64,000 nucleotides of DNA from Mobula hypostoma. Taxonomy: Eukaryota. The notes under the pieces were generated by a model. That model searched no databases. It was given only the letters and a program-made list of their open reading frames with translations, and had not been told where the DNA came from. Shown here piece by piece: positions 35,371 through 49,530 of this stretch. Every line of letters starts with the position of its first letter. Position 1 is the first letter of the stretch. The stretch lies in the NCBI RefSeq assembly GCF_963921235.1, contig NC_086108.1, positions 15,004,001-15,068,000 on the forward strand. Direction: 5' to 3'. Position numbers and translations under genes: made by a program.

Positions 35371-37609
35371 CAAGGTATGTTGTATTCCAGATTTGATCTC
35401 CTTTGAATCTCCTACCCCTCTCCTTAAACCTACACTCTCATAACTTGTCCAGTCTGTCCTTGTAACTGAAATGCTTCATCCCAGACAACATCCTGGTGAA
35501 TCTCCTCTGTATTTTCAGCATAGTCACATTCTTCCTACAGTGTGGCAACCACATCTACGCAACACTCCAGCTGTGGTCTAGCCATTCTTTTATAAAATTT
35601 TAACATGATATCCTAGCTCTCATATCAATATGAAATATTGGATGCTGGTGAATGTTCCAAAGGTTCTTTGTGAGTTAAGGATGAGGCATGAAACCTGGCG
35701 GTAATGGCGGTTTCTTAAGTGTAATGAGAACAAAGAGCGAAACAACAAAAAGACCAAGAGGAAAGAAATCATAGTCATCTCATGCTAAAAATTACCTCAA
35801 ACTAGAAAGATAACTTGACTCCATGATAACCAATAACCTAAGAACTAACCAGATTCAAGTGGCATGACACCTGCTACAGAAAAATCTAAGAAGCTTCTAG
35901 AAAAATACAGAATTAGCTAGACTATAATTACTGAACAATTACACATATATACTATAGGTGATCGTGTAAAACACAAACAGGTATAGGAAAGTTAAGCTAC
36001 AGCAGTTTTACTCCAGTCCAGCAAAAGTCTGCTTTTTCCTGTGGGTGCTGTACTGTGTTAGTCTGGCATATTTTATTTACTCCTAATTTAGTGTGAAGAG
36101 TGTGTGTGCAGTTTTAGATGAAGGCTCATCAGACTGATGCCAAAAGGCTGTGCTTGGTGCTGAGTGAAGAACATGTTTTGTGTTGATATGTGGATCCAGT
36201 CCTTAGTCCTATATTTGCATGTGCAGGCAGTGTGTGGCTCCATTCTGACGTGGAGATACAGCATGTGGTTCTGTGTGGGCTGTCAGGGCTGAGTATGGCA
36301 GCAGCATGCTAACATTTCTGTCACCCACTAACACGGTGCTGGTACATATAGGAAATGCATCATTGCACCAGAGAAGGTGTAGAGGAGATATTAACTGGGA
36401 AGGGGGTTTACTGTCCTGGGGAGATTGAAATGGCGTGATTTATGTTTAGAGTGGAGGAGGTTGGGTAGTGTACAGACAGTAGGAAGAATTGCTGGGCAAC
36501 AAGCCAATGTGCCAAAAGGAATTTATTGCGGATGAGCGTATGGAGATGCAATTTGGCAGAAGGGACGGGAAGGAGGTATTGTAAACTGATACATTCCAAA
36601 CTGTGCAAGAATAGAAGCCCCACACAGATTTTTTTTTTGGAACGTTGGCTTCATTTGACAAGCAGCATTTATTGCCCATCCCTAACCACCCTGGAGAAGG
36701 TGATGGTTATCTGCCTTCCTGAAGGATTGCACGCATTCTGGCATAAGTGCTTCCTCGGTGCTGTTGAATAGTGAGTGTAAGGGTTTGGGCCCAACCATTG
36801 TCATATGTATTTCCATGATAGGGTTATGTGGCATTTGAGAGTCCTGCAGGAACTTGGGATCCAGTAGGTCACGGTATTCTCATATATTTGCTGCCCTCGT
36901 CTTTCTGGATAATAGAGATCACAGGTTTGGAAAGTGGTAGTGGGATTGCTTATACACATAATAGCAATATATTTTGTGGAAGATGCACACTGAACCACTG
37001 TGCACTGATGGGCTAGAGAGAATGAATGCTTAGATTTATACAGTGTCAATCAAGCAGGCTATTTATCCTTAAACACATTGAGCTTGAGTTTTTTGAGCTG
37101 AATTTGTGTAGGCATCTAAAGATTATTGCATCACACCAACAAAATGTCTTTGGATAAGGTTTGGAATGTCAAATGGTGAATGACTTGTCACAGGGTATCC
37201 AGGCTCTGATTTGCTATTATGAGTTCAGTATTTATATGGGTGCAAAAACTGAGTTGCTGGAGTTCCATAAGCAGCTTGTTTTTTGCACCAGATTCTGTAT
37301 TTGTAGAATCGTATGTTTATTTATGTGACTGGTCCATATGCTTCTGGACAATGCTGACTACACTATATGGACTGAGTATGGGTGGTTAGGCTGTCACATT
37401 GGAGGTGGTCAATGTTCAGTATTTCTGAGGGAACAATGTTATTTGCCACTTAGTGGCCCATACTTAAACATTGGTTAAGTATTCCTAAGTGTAAGCTTAG
37501 GCCACTTAATTTGCAGAGGGCTAAGAATTAAACTGAAGCTCTAATCATCAGTGAACACCTCTGCTTGCGGTAGATGAAGGGTCTTGACCTGAAAGGTCAG
37601 CTATCCAAA

Positions 37610-39400
37610 GTTCAAAGTAAAATTGATTATCAGAATGCATACATGACATCACACGCAACCCTGAGATTCTTTTTTTCTGTGGGCATACTTAGCAAATCTA
37701 TAGAACAGTAACTGTAAACAGGATTAATGAACAACAAACTATGCAAATGCAATTATAAATAAATAGCAATAAATAATGAGCATGAAATAACAAGAGTCCT
37801 TAAAGTGAGACCATTGGTTGTGGGAACACCAGAAATAGACTGAGTGTAGTTAAACCCCTTTTGTTCAAGAGCCTAATGGCTGAGGGGTAATAGCTGTTCT
37901 TGAACCTGGTGGTGCAAGTCCTGAGGTACTTTTACCTTCTACCTGATGACAGCAGCAAGAAAAGAGCATGGTCTGGGTGGTGAGGATCTTTAATGAAGGA
38001 TACTTTTCTACGGCAGCATTCCATCTAGATGTGCTCAATGGTTGGGAGGACTTTACCTGTGATATACTGGGCCAAATCCACTACCGTATGTTGGATTTTC
38101 AGCTCAAAGGCATTGGTGTTCCCATACCAGGCTGTAATACAGCCAGTTAGCACACTTTACACCATACATTTATAGAAGTTTGCCCAGGTTTTTGATGAGA
38201 TGCTGAACTTCCGCAGACTCCTGAGGGAGGAGAAGTGCTGTCATGCTTTCTTTGCAATTATATTTGTGTGATGATTCCAGCTCCTCTGAGATAGTGACAC
38301 CCAGAGGAATTTAAAGTTACTGACCCCTCTCCATCTCTGATCCTCATGGACCTCTGGTTTCCCTCTCTTGAAGTCTACAATCAGTTCCTTGATCTTATTG
38401 ACATTGAGGGAGAGGTTGTTATTGCACCACTCAGCCAAATTCTTAATCTCCCTCCTGTATGTTGATTGGCCCACAATGGTGGTGTCATCAGCAAACTTGT
38501 ATATGGTGTTAGAACTGTACTTAGCCACACAGTCATAGGTGTAAGGCGAATAGATAAGAGGGCCTAAGCACACATCCCTGTGGTGCTCCAGTGCTGATGG
38601 AGATTGTGGAGGAGATATTTTTGTCAATCCGAACTGACTGGGGTCTACAAATGAAGAAATCCAGGATCCAATTGCACAAGGGGGTATTGAGTCCCAGGTC
38701 TTGAAGTTTACTGATTAGTTTTAAGAGACGATGGTATTAAATGCTGAGGTATGATTGATAAGGAGCATCCTGATGTATGCATCTTTGCTGTCCAGATGTT
38801 CCAGAGTTGTGTGAAGAGCCCACGTGACAGCATCTGCTGTAAACCTGTTGCTCCGCTTGGCGAATTGGAGCGGATCTAAGTCGCCACCCAGACAGGAGCT
38901 GAGCTGCTTCAACACCAACCTCTCAAAACACTTCATCACAATGGATATAAGTGCCACTGGGTGATAGTCATTTGGACAGATTATCACGCTCTTCTTGTGC
39001 ACTGGTATGATTGAAGCCTGTTTGAAGCAGGTGGATACCGCACACTGCTGGAGTGAGAGGTTGAAGACATCCGTGAATGCACCAGCCAGTTGGTCAGCGC
39101 AGGTCTTCGGTACTCGGCCAGGTACTCTGTCCAGACTGGATGCTGTCCTTGGACTCACTTTCTTGGAGGCAGCCTGCACGTCATCTCCAGATACTGAGAC
39201 CAAAGGATCATCCGGAGACATGGGGGTGTGCAATGGTTCCTCCCTGTTCTGGTGGTCAAAGTTAGCATAACTCTGCTGTCCCCAATGTCGCAAGATTTAA
39301 CTTTGTAGGAGGTTATGGCATTCAAACCCTGCCACAACTGTTGAGCATCCCTTGTCGACTCCAGTCTTGACTGGAATCTCCACTTCGCCCATGAGGTGGC
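37610..39400 (-). mobile_element. Rex1/Babar LINE, degenerate RT and 3' UTR
   Basis: CADQLAGAFTDVFNLSL, NDYHPVALISIVMKCFERLV, LDPLQFA and KFADDTTIVG. Confidence 0.9.
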
Positions 39401-40811
39401 TTCATTTTCTGGGCGAATATGAAAACTTCTCCACTTTTGTAGAAAGTAATGCCATAGCAGAGTACTTTCTGAATGGTGAGAGATTGAAAAATTTTGGTAT
39501 TTGGAGAAACCTGTATATGCATTACTGAAAGTTAACATTCAAGTCATATAGTATGTAACATCCTTCCAGGTATGAATATTTGAGTACAAGAATAAAGATA
39601 CGTCAGAATATATCGACCTGTAATTTAGCTGCCATACAGTGCTGTGGATCTGATTTCCTTGCCCAAGGAGCAATAGGGATTGGATCGGAGGGTCACCAGG
39701 CTGATTACTGATATGACCCGGGAGGGGGCATTGTCCTATAAGGAGTAATTCAGGGCCTTTACTGCATTGAGAAGGATGAGACATATGAAATTATGGGTCT
39801 TGACAGTAATGATGTTACCCCTAACCTGGGTGTGTAGAACCAGGGTTCAACCATTTGGGACAGAGTGGAGAAAGAACTTCTTCACCCAGAGGTAGTGAAT
39901 CTATTGAGGGCTGCACAGGTTCATTGAGTTATTCAAAACAGAGAATGATGGAATCGTAGGCTGTAGAAATATGGCACAGAGGGACAAGATTGTCATCTTA
40001 TTAAAGACAGCAATTATGAGGAGCCAAATGATAATTGGTATAAGATTGTAACTGGCTGATCTGGATGTGTCGTGTTCCTGAGCAATTTTTCACGCTTTCA
40101 AATATCCGCTGCTATCAACTATTTCTTAATTTTTGCAATGAGTGGATTGAATTACATGGCTTCTGATGTTGGGGATTTTAGAAGCTTTGGTTAATTCACA
40201 TGTGGAATTGCATCTAGTTCCTGTCACAGATTTGGAAAGATGGGAAAGTCTTTGAGAAAGAAGTTGTACGAATGGTAAAAGAACAAAACTGACCAACAAC
40301 AGATTGGATCTTAGGACTTCCTTACCTGCTGTAATTGGTGCAACTATTGGTGCTTTGCTCCAGATCTTGGGCAATGTATCAGACTTCACATAGCTAACCT
40401 GAATTCCTTTAATTCAATGGTGTCCACATATTTTGGACCTTCAGCTTTACCAATCTTCATGCCATTGATATTTTCCAAATTGATTAATCCAAGTTTTTGA
40501 TTTCTAATGCCTTTGTTGCAATTTTCCTTTTTCAGTTTTGAGAAAAGGAATAACACAGGAATAGCCCCTTCAGACCAACAGGGATTATAGAGACCAGAAG
40601 GATCAATCAACCATAAAGTTTAAATCTTCACTGTACTGGAAATTAGTTTATGTCAATCAGCACTTGGGTGATGGGTGAATAGGAATCTATATTATAGATT
40701 TTTTAGGTGTTATGCAGTAAAATTGCAGCACTGGTGTTAATTAGTTAGAGATACAGTGCGTATAGGCCCTTCTGGCCCTTAGAGCTGCACCGCCCAGCAA
40801 CCCTCCCGATT

Positions 40812-41812
40812 CTTGATTACCTGACTGGCAGACCACAGTACATGTGCTTGCAACACTGTGTGTCCGACAGAGTGATCAGCAGCACTGGGGCTCCACTGGG
40901 AACTGTCTTGTCTCCCTTTCTCTTCACCATTTACATCTTGGACTTCAACTACTGCACAGAGTCTTCAGAAGTTTTCTGATGACTCTGCCATAGTTGGATG
41001 CATCAGCAAGGGAGATGAGGCTGAGTACAGGGCTACAGTAGGAAACTTTGTCACATGGTGTGAGCAGAATTATCTGCAGCTTAATGTAAAAAAGGCGAAG
41101 GAGCTGGTGGTAGACCTGAGGAGAGCTAAGGTACCGGTGACCCCTGTTTCCATCCAGGGGGTCAGTGTGGACGTGGTGGAGGATTACAAATACCTGGGGA
41201 TACGAATTGACAATAAACTGGACTGGTCAAAGAACACTGAGGCTGCCTACAAGAAGGGTCAGAGCCATCTCTATTTCCTGAGGAGACTGAGGTCCTTTAA
41301 CATCGGCCGGACGATGCTGAGGATGTTCTACGAGTCTGTGGTGGCCAGTGCTATCATGTTTGCTGTTGTGTGCTGGGGCAGCAGGCTGAGGGTAGCAGAC
41401 ACCAGCAGAATCAACAAACTCATTTGTAAGGCCAGTGATGTTGTGAGGATGGAACTGGACTCTCTGACGGTGGTGTCTGAAAAGAGGATGCCATCTTGGA
41501 CAATGTCTCCCATCCACTACATAATGTACTGGGTGGGCACAGGAGTACATTCAGCCAGAGACTCATTCCACCAAGATGCAACACAGAGTGTCATAGGAAG
41601 TCATTCCTGCCTGTGGCCATCAAACTTTACAACTGCTCCCTTGGAGGGTCAGACACCCTGAGCCAATAGGCTGGTCCTGGACTTATTTCCTGGCATAATT
41701 TACATATTACTATCTAACTATTTATGATTTTATTACTATTTATTATTTATGGTGCAACTGTAACGAAAACCAATTTCCCCCAGTGATCAATAAAGTATAA
41801 TTTATGACTATG
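40812..41812 (+). mobile_element. Rex1/Babar LINE, 5'-truncated RT and 3' UTR
   Basis: TGAPLGTVLSPFLF, KFSDDSAIVG and LYFLRRLRSFNI; tail aataaagta...tatgactatgact. Confidence 0.9.
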
Positions 41813-42307
41813 ACTATTAAACCTAGCCTGCTAATGGGACAATTTACAATGACTAACCTCTTAACTAGTATGTCTTTGGACTGTGGGATAAAATCAGGGC
41901 CCCCAGAGAAAACCTACACATTCTATGAGGAAGTACCAGTGATGGATACGGCTTTAAGCCACGTGCTAACAATCTATATGCATTCTATCCTGCCTCAAAT
42001 TTAATAAATGAATGAACAACTTGACCTTCTATAAATAAATCAGAAGTAAGAGGGTAGCCAGGGAAAACATGGGTCCTGAGGATCAAAGATGGTAACTACT
42101 TGTGGAGCCAGGATATGTGGGCAAAATCTGAAATTACTACTACTCACTAAGTAGGACATGGAAGTCAGTGAGTACAGAGAGGGATATGTGGATAACCTGG
42201 GGCAGGTTAGTAGTAAGTGTTAAATGTCATGGACATGAAAGAGTTGATAAGTCCCCCCCCAGGGCTGAATGAGATCTGTCCAGGTTGATATGGAAAGCAA
42301 GGGAGGA

Positions 42308-45300
42308 AATTGTGGTACATATAGGTACCAATGACATAGGTAGGAAAAGGGATGAGGTCCTGAAAGGAGAATATAGGGAGCTAGGAAGGGAGTTGAGAAA
42401 AAGGACCGCAAAGGTAGTAATCTCGGGATTACTGCCTGTGCCACGCGACAGTGAGAGTAGGAATGTGATGAGATGGAGGATAAATGTGTGGCTGAGGGAT
42501 TGGAGCAGGGGGCAGGGATTCAAGTTTTTGGATCATTGAGACCTCTTTTGGCGCAGGCGTGACCTGTACAAAAAGGACGGGTTACACTTGAATCCTAGGG
42601 GGACCAATATCCTGGCAGGGAGATAAGCGAGGGCTACTGAGGTGACTTTAAACTAGAATGGTTGGGGGGTGGGAATCAAATTAAAGAGGCTAGGCGTGAG
42701 GAGGTTAGTTCACAACAGGGGGATGGGAACCAGTGCAGAGAGACAGAGGGGTGTAAAGTGAGGGTAGAAGCAAAAAGTGCTAAGGAGAAAAGTGAAAGTG
42801 GCAGGCTGACAAATCCAGGGCAAGCATTAAAAAGGGCCACTTTTCAACATAATTGTATAAGGGCTAAGAGAGTTGTAAAAGAGCGCCTGAAGGCTTTGTG
42901 TGTCAATGCAAGGAGCATTCGTAATAAGGTAGATGAATTGAAAGTGCAGATTGTTATTAATGATTATGATATAGTTGGGATCACAGAGACATGGCTCCAG
43001 GGTGACCAAGGATGGGAGCTCAACGTTCAGGGATATTCAATATTCAGGAGGGATAGACATGAAGGAAGGGGAGGCGGGGTGGCGTTGCTGGTTAAAGAAG
43101 AGATTAACGCAATAGAAAGGAAGGACGTAAGCCGGGAAGATGTGGAATCGATATGGGTAGAGCTGCATAACACTAAGGGGCAGAAAACGCTGGTGGGAGT
43201 TGTGTACAGGCCACCTAACAGTAGTAGTGAGGTCGGAGATGGTATTAAACAGGAAATTAGAAATGTGTGTAATAAAGGAACAGCAGTTATAATGGGTGAC
43301 TTCAATCTACATGTAGATTGGGTGAACCAAATTGGTAAAGGTGCTGAGGAAGAGGATTTCTTGGAATGTATGTGGGATGGTTTTTTGAACCAACATGTCG
43401 AGGAACCAACTAGAGAGCAGGCTATTCTGGACTGGGTTTTGAGCAATGAGGAAGGGTTGATTAGCAATCTTGTCGTGAGAGGCCCCTTGGGTAAGAGTGA
43501 CCATAATATGGTGGAATTCTTCATTAAGATGGAGAGTGACATAGTTAATTCAGAAACAAAGGTTCTGAACTTAAAGAGGCGTAACTTTGAAGGTATGAGA
43601 CGTGAATTAGCTAAGATAGACTGGCAAATGACACTTAAAGGATTGACGGTGGATATGCTATGGCAAGCATTTAAAGGTTGCATGGATGAACTACAACAAT
43701 TGTTCATCCCAGTTTGGCAAAAGAATAAATCAAGGAAGGTAGTGCACCCGTGGCTGACAAGAGAAATTAGGGATAGTATCAAGTCCAAAGAAGAAGCATA
43801 CAAATTAGCCAGAGAAAGTGGCTCACCTGAGGACTGGGAGAAATTCAGAGTTCAGCAGAGGAGGACAAAGGGCTTAATTAGGAAGGGGGAGAAAAGATTA
43901 TGAGAGAAAACTGGCAGGGAACATAAAAACTGACTGTAAAAGCTTTTATAGATATGTAAAAAGGAAAAGACTGGTAAAGACAAATGTAGGTCCCCTACAG
44001 ACAGAAACAGGTGAATTGATTATGGGGAGTAAGGACATGGCAGACCAATTGAATAGTTACTTTGGTTCTGTCTTCACTAAGGAGGACATAAATAATCTTC
44101 CAGAAATAGTAGGGGACAGAGGGTCCAGTGAGATGGAGGAACTGAGCGAAATACATGTTAGTAGGGAAATGGTGTTAGGTAAATTGAAGGGATTGAAAGC
44201 AGATAAATCCCCAGGGCCAGATGGTCTGCATCCTAGAGTGCTTAAGGAAGTAGCCCAAGAAATAGTGGATGCATTAGTGATAATTTTTCAAAACTCGTTA
44301 GATTCTGGACTAGTTCCTGAGGATTGGAGGGTGGCTAATGTAACCTCACTTTTTGAAAAAGGAGGGAGAGAGAAACCGGGGAAATTATAGACCGGTTAGC
44401 CTAACGTCGGTGGTGGGGAAACTGCTGGAGTCAGTTATCAAAGATGTGATAACAGCACATTTGGAAAGCGGTGAAATCATCAGACAAAGTCAGCATGGAT
44501 TTGTGAAAGGAAAATCATGTCTGACGAATCTCATAGAATTTTTTGAGGATGTAACTAGTAGAGTGGATAGGGGAGAACCAGTGGATGTGGTATATTTGGA
44601 TTTTCAAAAGGCTTTTGACAAGGTCCCACACAGGAGATTAGTGTGCAAACTTAAGGCACACGGTATTGGGGGTAAGGTATTGGTGTGGATGGAGAATTGG
44701 TTAGCAGACAGGAAGCAAAGAGTGGGAATAAACGGGACCTTTTCAGAATGGCAGGCGGTGACTAGTGGGGTACCGCAAGGCTCAGTGCTGGGACCCCAGT
44801 TGTTTACAATATATATTAATGACTTGGATGAGGGAATTAAATGCAGCATCTCCAAGTTTGCGGATGACACGAAGCTGGGTGGCAGTGTTAGCTGTGAGGA
44901 GGATGCTAAGAGGATGCAGAGTGACTTGGATAGGTTGGGTGAGTGGGCAAATTCATGGCAGATGCAATTTAAAGTGGATAAATGTGAAGTTATCCACTTT
45001 GGTGGCAAAAATAGGAAAACAGATTATTATCTGAATGGTGGCCGATTAGGAAAAGGGGAGGTGCAACGAGACCTGGGTGTCATTATACACCAGTCATTGA
45101 AAGTGGGCATGCAGGTACAGCAGGTGGTGAAAAAGGCGAATGGTATGCTGGCATTTATAGCAAGAGGATTCGAGTACAGGAGCAGGGAGGTACTACTGCA
45201 GTTGTACAAGGCCTTGGTGAGACCACACCTGGAGTATTGTGTGCAGTTTTGGTCCCCTAATCTGAGGAAAGACATCCTTGCCATAGAGGGAGTACAAAGA

Positions 45301-45786
45301 AGGTTCACCAGATTGATTCCTGGGATGGCAGGACTTTCATATGAAGAAAGACTGGATGGACTGGGCTTGTACTCGTTGGAATTTAGAAGATTGAGGGGGG
45401 ATCTGATTGAAACGTATAGAATCCTAAAGGGATTGGACAGGCTAGATGCAGGAAGATTGTTCCCGATGTTGGGGAAGTCCAGAACAAGGGGCCACAGTTT
45501 GAGGATAAAGGGGAAGCCTTTTAGGACCGAGATTAGGAAAAACTTCTTCACACAGAGAGTGGTGAATCTGTGGAATTCTCTGCTACAGGAAACAGTTGAG
45601 GCCAGTTCATTGGCTATATTTAAGAGGGAATTAAATATGGCCCTTGTGGCTATGGGGATCAGGGGGTATGGAGGGAAGGCTGGGGCGGGGTTCTGAGTTG
45701 GATGATCAGCCATGATCATAATAAATGGCGGTGCAGGCTCGAAGGGCCGAATGGCCTACTCCTGCACCTATTTTCTATGTTTCTAT
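42308..45786 (+). mobile_element. Young, 5'-truncated CR1 LINE (ORF1 esterase end, near-intact ORF2, 3' UTR) inserted into an older CR1
   Basis: VHIGTNDIG (SGNH) is followed by endonuclease and RT ORFs; it ends in ttctatgtttctat. The host reads gaggaaatt...gctgaggccctg across the junctions. Confidence 0.95.
42662..45696 (+). pseudogene. CR1 ORF2 (APE endonuclease + reverse transcriptase) broken by two frameshifts (near 43885 and 44378)
   Basis: ORFs 42662-43903 (NARSI, GITETWL, YRPP, GDFN, SDH), 44016-44390 and 44353-45696 (QHGF, DFQKAFD, GVPQGSVLGP, FADD). Confidence 0.93.
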
Positions 45787-46309
45787 CGCTGAGGCCCTGA
45801 CTGAGACTTTTTGCATCTTTGTTAGCCACAAGTGAGGTACAAGGAAACTGCAGGATAGCATAGATAAGCCAGGTAATCCCACATGGTAGGGAAATTATTG
45901 GGAAACATTCTAGAACTTTATGGGATAGGAATTGTGCACATTTATCAACCTGATGTTGAGGTGGGGAAATTGAAATTTTTGAGGAGGTGCCCTAAGAAAA
46001 TTAATCAAGTTATGGTGTTAGACACGGTATATATGGTCTTTAAAAGGTTCATTTTATTATCAAAGTAGGTACTCAATACAGCTCTGAGATTCATCTTCTC
46101 CAGATAGCCATGAAATACAGAAAAACAATTTAAAGTAATTGAAAGAAAATATATCAACCTTCTTTCCACACGAAAAAGAAAAAGGAGCAAAACTTGCAAA
46201 TCCCAAACCCCTCGCACAAAAAAACTAACAGATCTTCCACACAGACACGGCAGCTAAATCATCAAACTTCTAGCCCCCAAGCCCCTCCCACACAAAAAAA
46301 AACTGACAA

Positions 46310-48080
46310 AAAGAGCAAGAGAATAAGACATGAGAAAATAGGACCAATCAAGTGTGACAGTGGAAAAGTGTGTATGGAACCAGAGGAGATAGCAGAGATA
46401 CTTAATGAATATTTTGCTTCACTACTGAAAAGGACCTTGGCAATTGTAGGGATGACTTTTGGCGGACTGAAAAGCTTGAGCATATAGACATTAAGATAAA
46501 GGATGTGCTGGAGCTTTTGGAAAGCATTAAGTTGGATATGTCACTGGGACCGGACATGATATAGCCCAGGCTACTGTAGGAGGTGAGGGAGGAGATTGCT
46601 GAGCCTCTGGCAATGATCTTTGCATGATCAATGGGGACAGGAGAGGTTCCAGAGGTTTGGAGGGTTTCAGATGTTTTTCCCTTATTCAAGAAAGGGAGTA
46701 GAGATAGCCCAGGAAATTATAGACCAGTGAGTCTTACTTCAGTGTTTGGCAAGTTGATGGAGAAGATCCTGGGAGGCAGGATTTATGAACATTTGGATAG
46801 GCATAATATGATTAGGAATAGTCAGCATAGCTTTGTCAAGGGCAGGTCGTGTCTGATGAGCCTGATTGAATTTTTTGAGTGTGTGACTAAACACATTGAT
46901 GAAGGTAGGGCAGTAGATGTAGCGTATATGGATTTCAGCAAGGTATTTGATAAGGTACCCCATTTAAGGCTTATTGAGAAAGTAAAAAAAAAAGGCAACC
47001 TTGCTTTATGGATCCAGAATTGGCTTGCCCACAGAAGGCAAAGAGTGGCTGTAGATGGGTCATATTCTGCATGGAGGTTGGTGACCAGTGGTGAGCCTCA
47101 GTGATCTGTTCTGGGACCCTTACTCTTCATGATTTTTATAAATGACCTAGATGAGGAAGTGGAGGGATGGGTTAGTAAATTTGTTGATGACACAAAAGTT
47201 GGGGGTGTTGTGGATAGTGTGGAGGGCTGTCAGAGGTTACAGCGGGATATTGGTAGGATGCAAAATTGGGCTGAGAAGTGGCAGATGGAGTTCAACCCAG
47301 ATAAATGTGAGGTGGTTCATTTGGTAGGTCAGATATGATGACAGAATATATTATTAATTAGTACTCTTGGCAGTGTGGAGGATCAGAGGGATCTTGGAGT
47401 CAGAGAACATAGTATACTCAAAGCTGCTGTGCAGATTGACTGTGTGGTTAAGAAGTCATACAGTGCATTGGCCTTCATCAACCGTGGGATAGAGTTCAAG
47501 AGCAGAGAGGTAATGTTAAAGCTATATAGGACCCTGGTCAGACCCCACTTAGAGTACTGTGCTCAGTTCTGGTCACCTGACTAGAGGAAAGATGTGGAAA
47601 CTATAAAAAGGGTGCAGAGGAGATTTACAAGGATGCTGCCTGGAATGGGGAGCATTCCTTATGAGAATAAGTTGAGTGAACTCAGCCTTTTCTCCTTGGA
47701 GCAACAGAAGATGAGAGGTGACCTGATAGAAGTGTATAAGATGATGAGAGGGCAGTGATCATGTGGATAGTCAGAACCTTTTTCCCAGGGCTGAAATAGC
47801 TAACACAAGCGGGCACAGTTTTAAGGTGCTTGGAAATAGGTAGAGGAGATGTCAAGGGTCAGTTTTTTACGCAGAGAGTGGTGAGTGCATGGAATGGGCT
47901 GCCGGCAACAGTGGTGGAAGCAAATACGATAGGGTCTTTTATAAGACTCCTGGATAGGTACATGGAGCTTAGAAAAATAGAGAGCTATGGGTAACCCCAG
48001 ATAATTTCTGAAGTAAGTACATGCTCAGCACAGCATTGTGGGCCGATGGGCCTGTATTGTACTGTAGGTCTTCTGTGTTC
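46310..48080 (+). mobile_element. CR1 LINE, 5'-truncated RT and 3' UTR, nested in an A/C-rich repeat (46040-46310 and 48080-48290)
   Basis: GNYRPVSLTSVFGKLMEKI, MDFSKVFDKVPH, KFVDDTKVGG and LVRPHLEYCAQFWSP. Confidence 0.9.
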
Positions 48081-49324
48081 TTTCATAAACATCAAACCTC
48101 CAACCTTTCTTGCACACAAAAATCTAACAGATCGCTCACACACAAAATCAGCAACAAGAACATTAGACTTCAAATCCCCAGCCCCTCCCTCGCCCAAAAA
48201 AAGTAACACGTCGCTCACCCACCAATCAACAACAAGAAAGAAAACACAGAAAAACTGAAGGAGATCAATAAAATCTGCAGTCCACACCAATAATCACATG
48301 TAGCTATTACTAAATAGCTAAATTACTAAGCTTACTAAAGACTTTTAAAAAATTGACAATTCCTACTTGGCTGATTCTGGTTCAAAGATATGGGATCTAA
48401 GGAGAGCTTGCTGATTGGATTCAAAACTAGCTTAGTGATAGGAGACAGAAGGTAATGGACTAAGTGCCTTTTTGATTGAGAATCTGTGTCCAGTGAAGTA
48501 TTGCGGGAGTTTGTAGTATTAGCAACATGGAAATGAATGTAGGAATTATGATTTGTAAGTTTTATATGATAAGAAAGTTGGTGGCCTCATTGTTAACGAG
48601 GAAGATTGGTTAAGGGTACAGCAGAATATAGATCAGGGATGATCACCATGTCTTTATGTATGGGGAATCATGAATTTGATCGAATTTTTTTTAAAGAGAT
48701 GATGAGGTGGACTGCGCTGGGGACAGTGTATATGTGGACTTTGATTAGTTTCTGAATGTTATGCTAGTCTGGAGGATTATAAAACACACGAGATCCAGAG
48801 TGAGCAACTTGATTAGATATTGGTTTGGTAGAAGGAGGCAGAGCATGGTAGAGTATACAGTGAAGGTTGTCTAAGTGTGTAACAGAGAAAGTGAGTGGAG
48901 GAATGGTAGATGGAATTTAACTTGGTGTTACATTTTGGTAAGTGAATTAAGGACCTTGTAGTGTTGTTGAATAGAGGCACTGGGTACCTAGTTCCCTGAA
49001 AGTGGCCACATAGATAGCATCGTGAAGAAGGCATTATAAATTACTGTGATTGCACATTGCACATTTAGACGGAGGCGTAATGTAAAGATTTTTACTTCTC
49101 ATGTATGTGAAGGATGTAAGAAATAAAGTCAGTTCAATTCATATGGCATGCTTGAATTCATTGGCTGTGACAAGAGTTGGGACACTATTATGGTTGTACT
49201 GTATGTTGGTTAGATCAGTCTTTGAGTATTCTGTGCACATTTGATCATAAAGGGAGGGTATGATTAAGCTTGAGAGGGTGCAGAAAGGAATTAAAATGCA
49301 TTTACTGGAAACCTAAAGGAAAAC

Positions 49325-49530
49325 TTTAGGTAGTGCCAGAAGTATCCAACAGGTTAGGTAACATCTGTGGGAAGAGAGTCAACATTTCCGGTTGGAGTTC
49401 CTTCTTGAGACACTGATGTTCAGACCATCTGAGGGTCTGACAAAGGATTTCTGACATGAATCATTGCTTCTGTTTTTCTTCCCAAAGTGGCAGCATGTCT
49501 CGCTGAGTATTTACAGCATTTTCTGTATTT
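49325..49530. mobile_element. Old degenerate fold-back PLE-terminus element
   Basis: Left part (aacaggttaggtaacatctgtgggaagag) and right part (tcttcccaaagtggcagcatgtctcgctgagtatttacagcattttctg) are decayed inverted copies of the PLE terminus. Confidence 0.5.

Noticed and set aside
40386..40610. Minus-strand ORF with protein-like composition and a possible donor (CAG|GTTAGC)
   Set aside because: No recognisable family and no clean acceptor; cannot be supported without homology or RNA data.
43027..45719. Long minus-strand ORFs (258, 134 and 230 aa)
   Set aside because: Antisense shadows of the CR1 ORF2, with no independent motifs.
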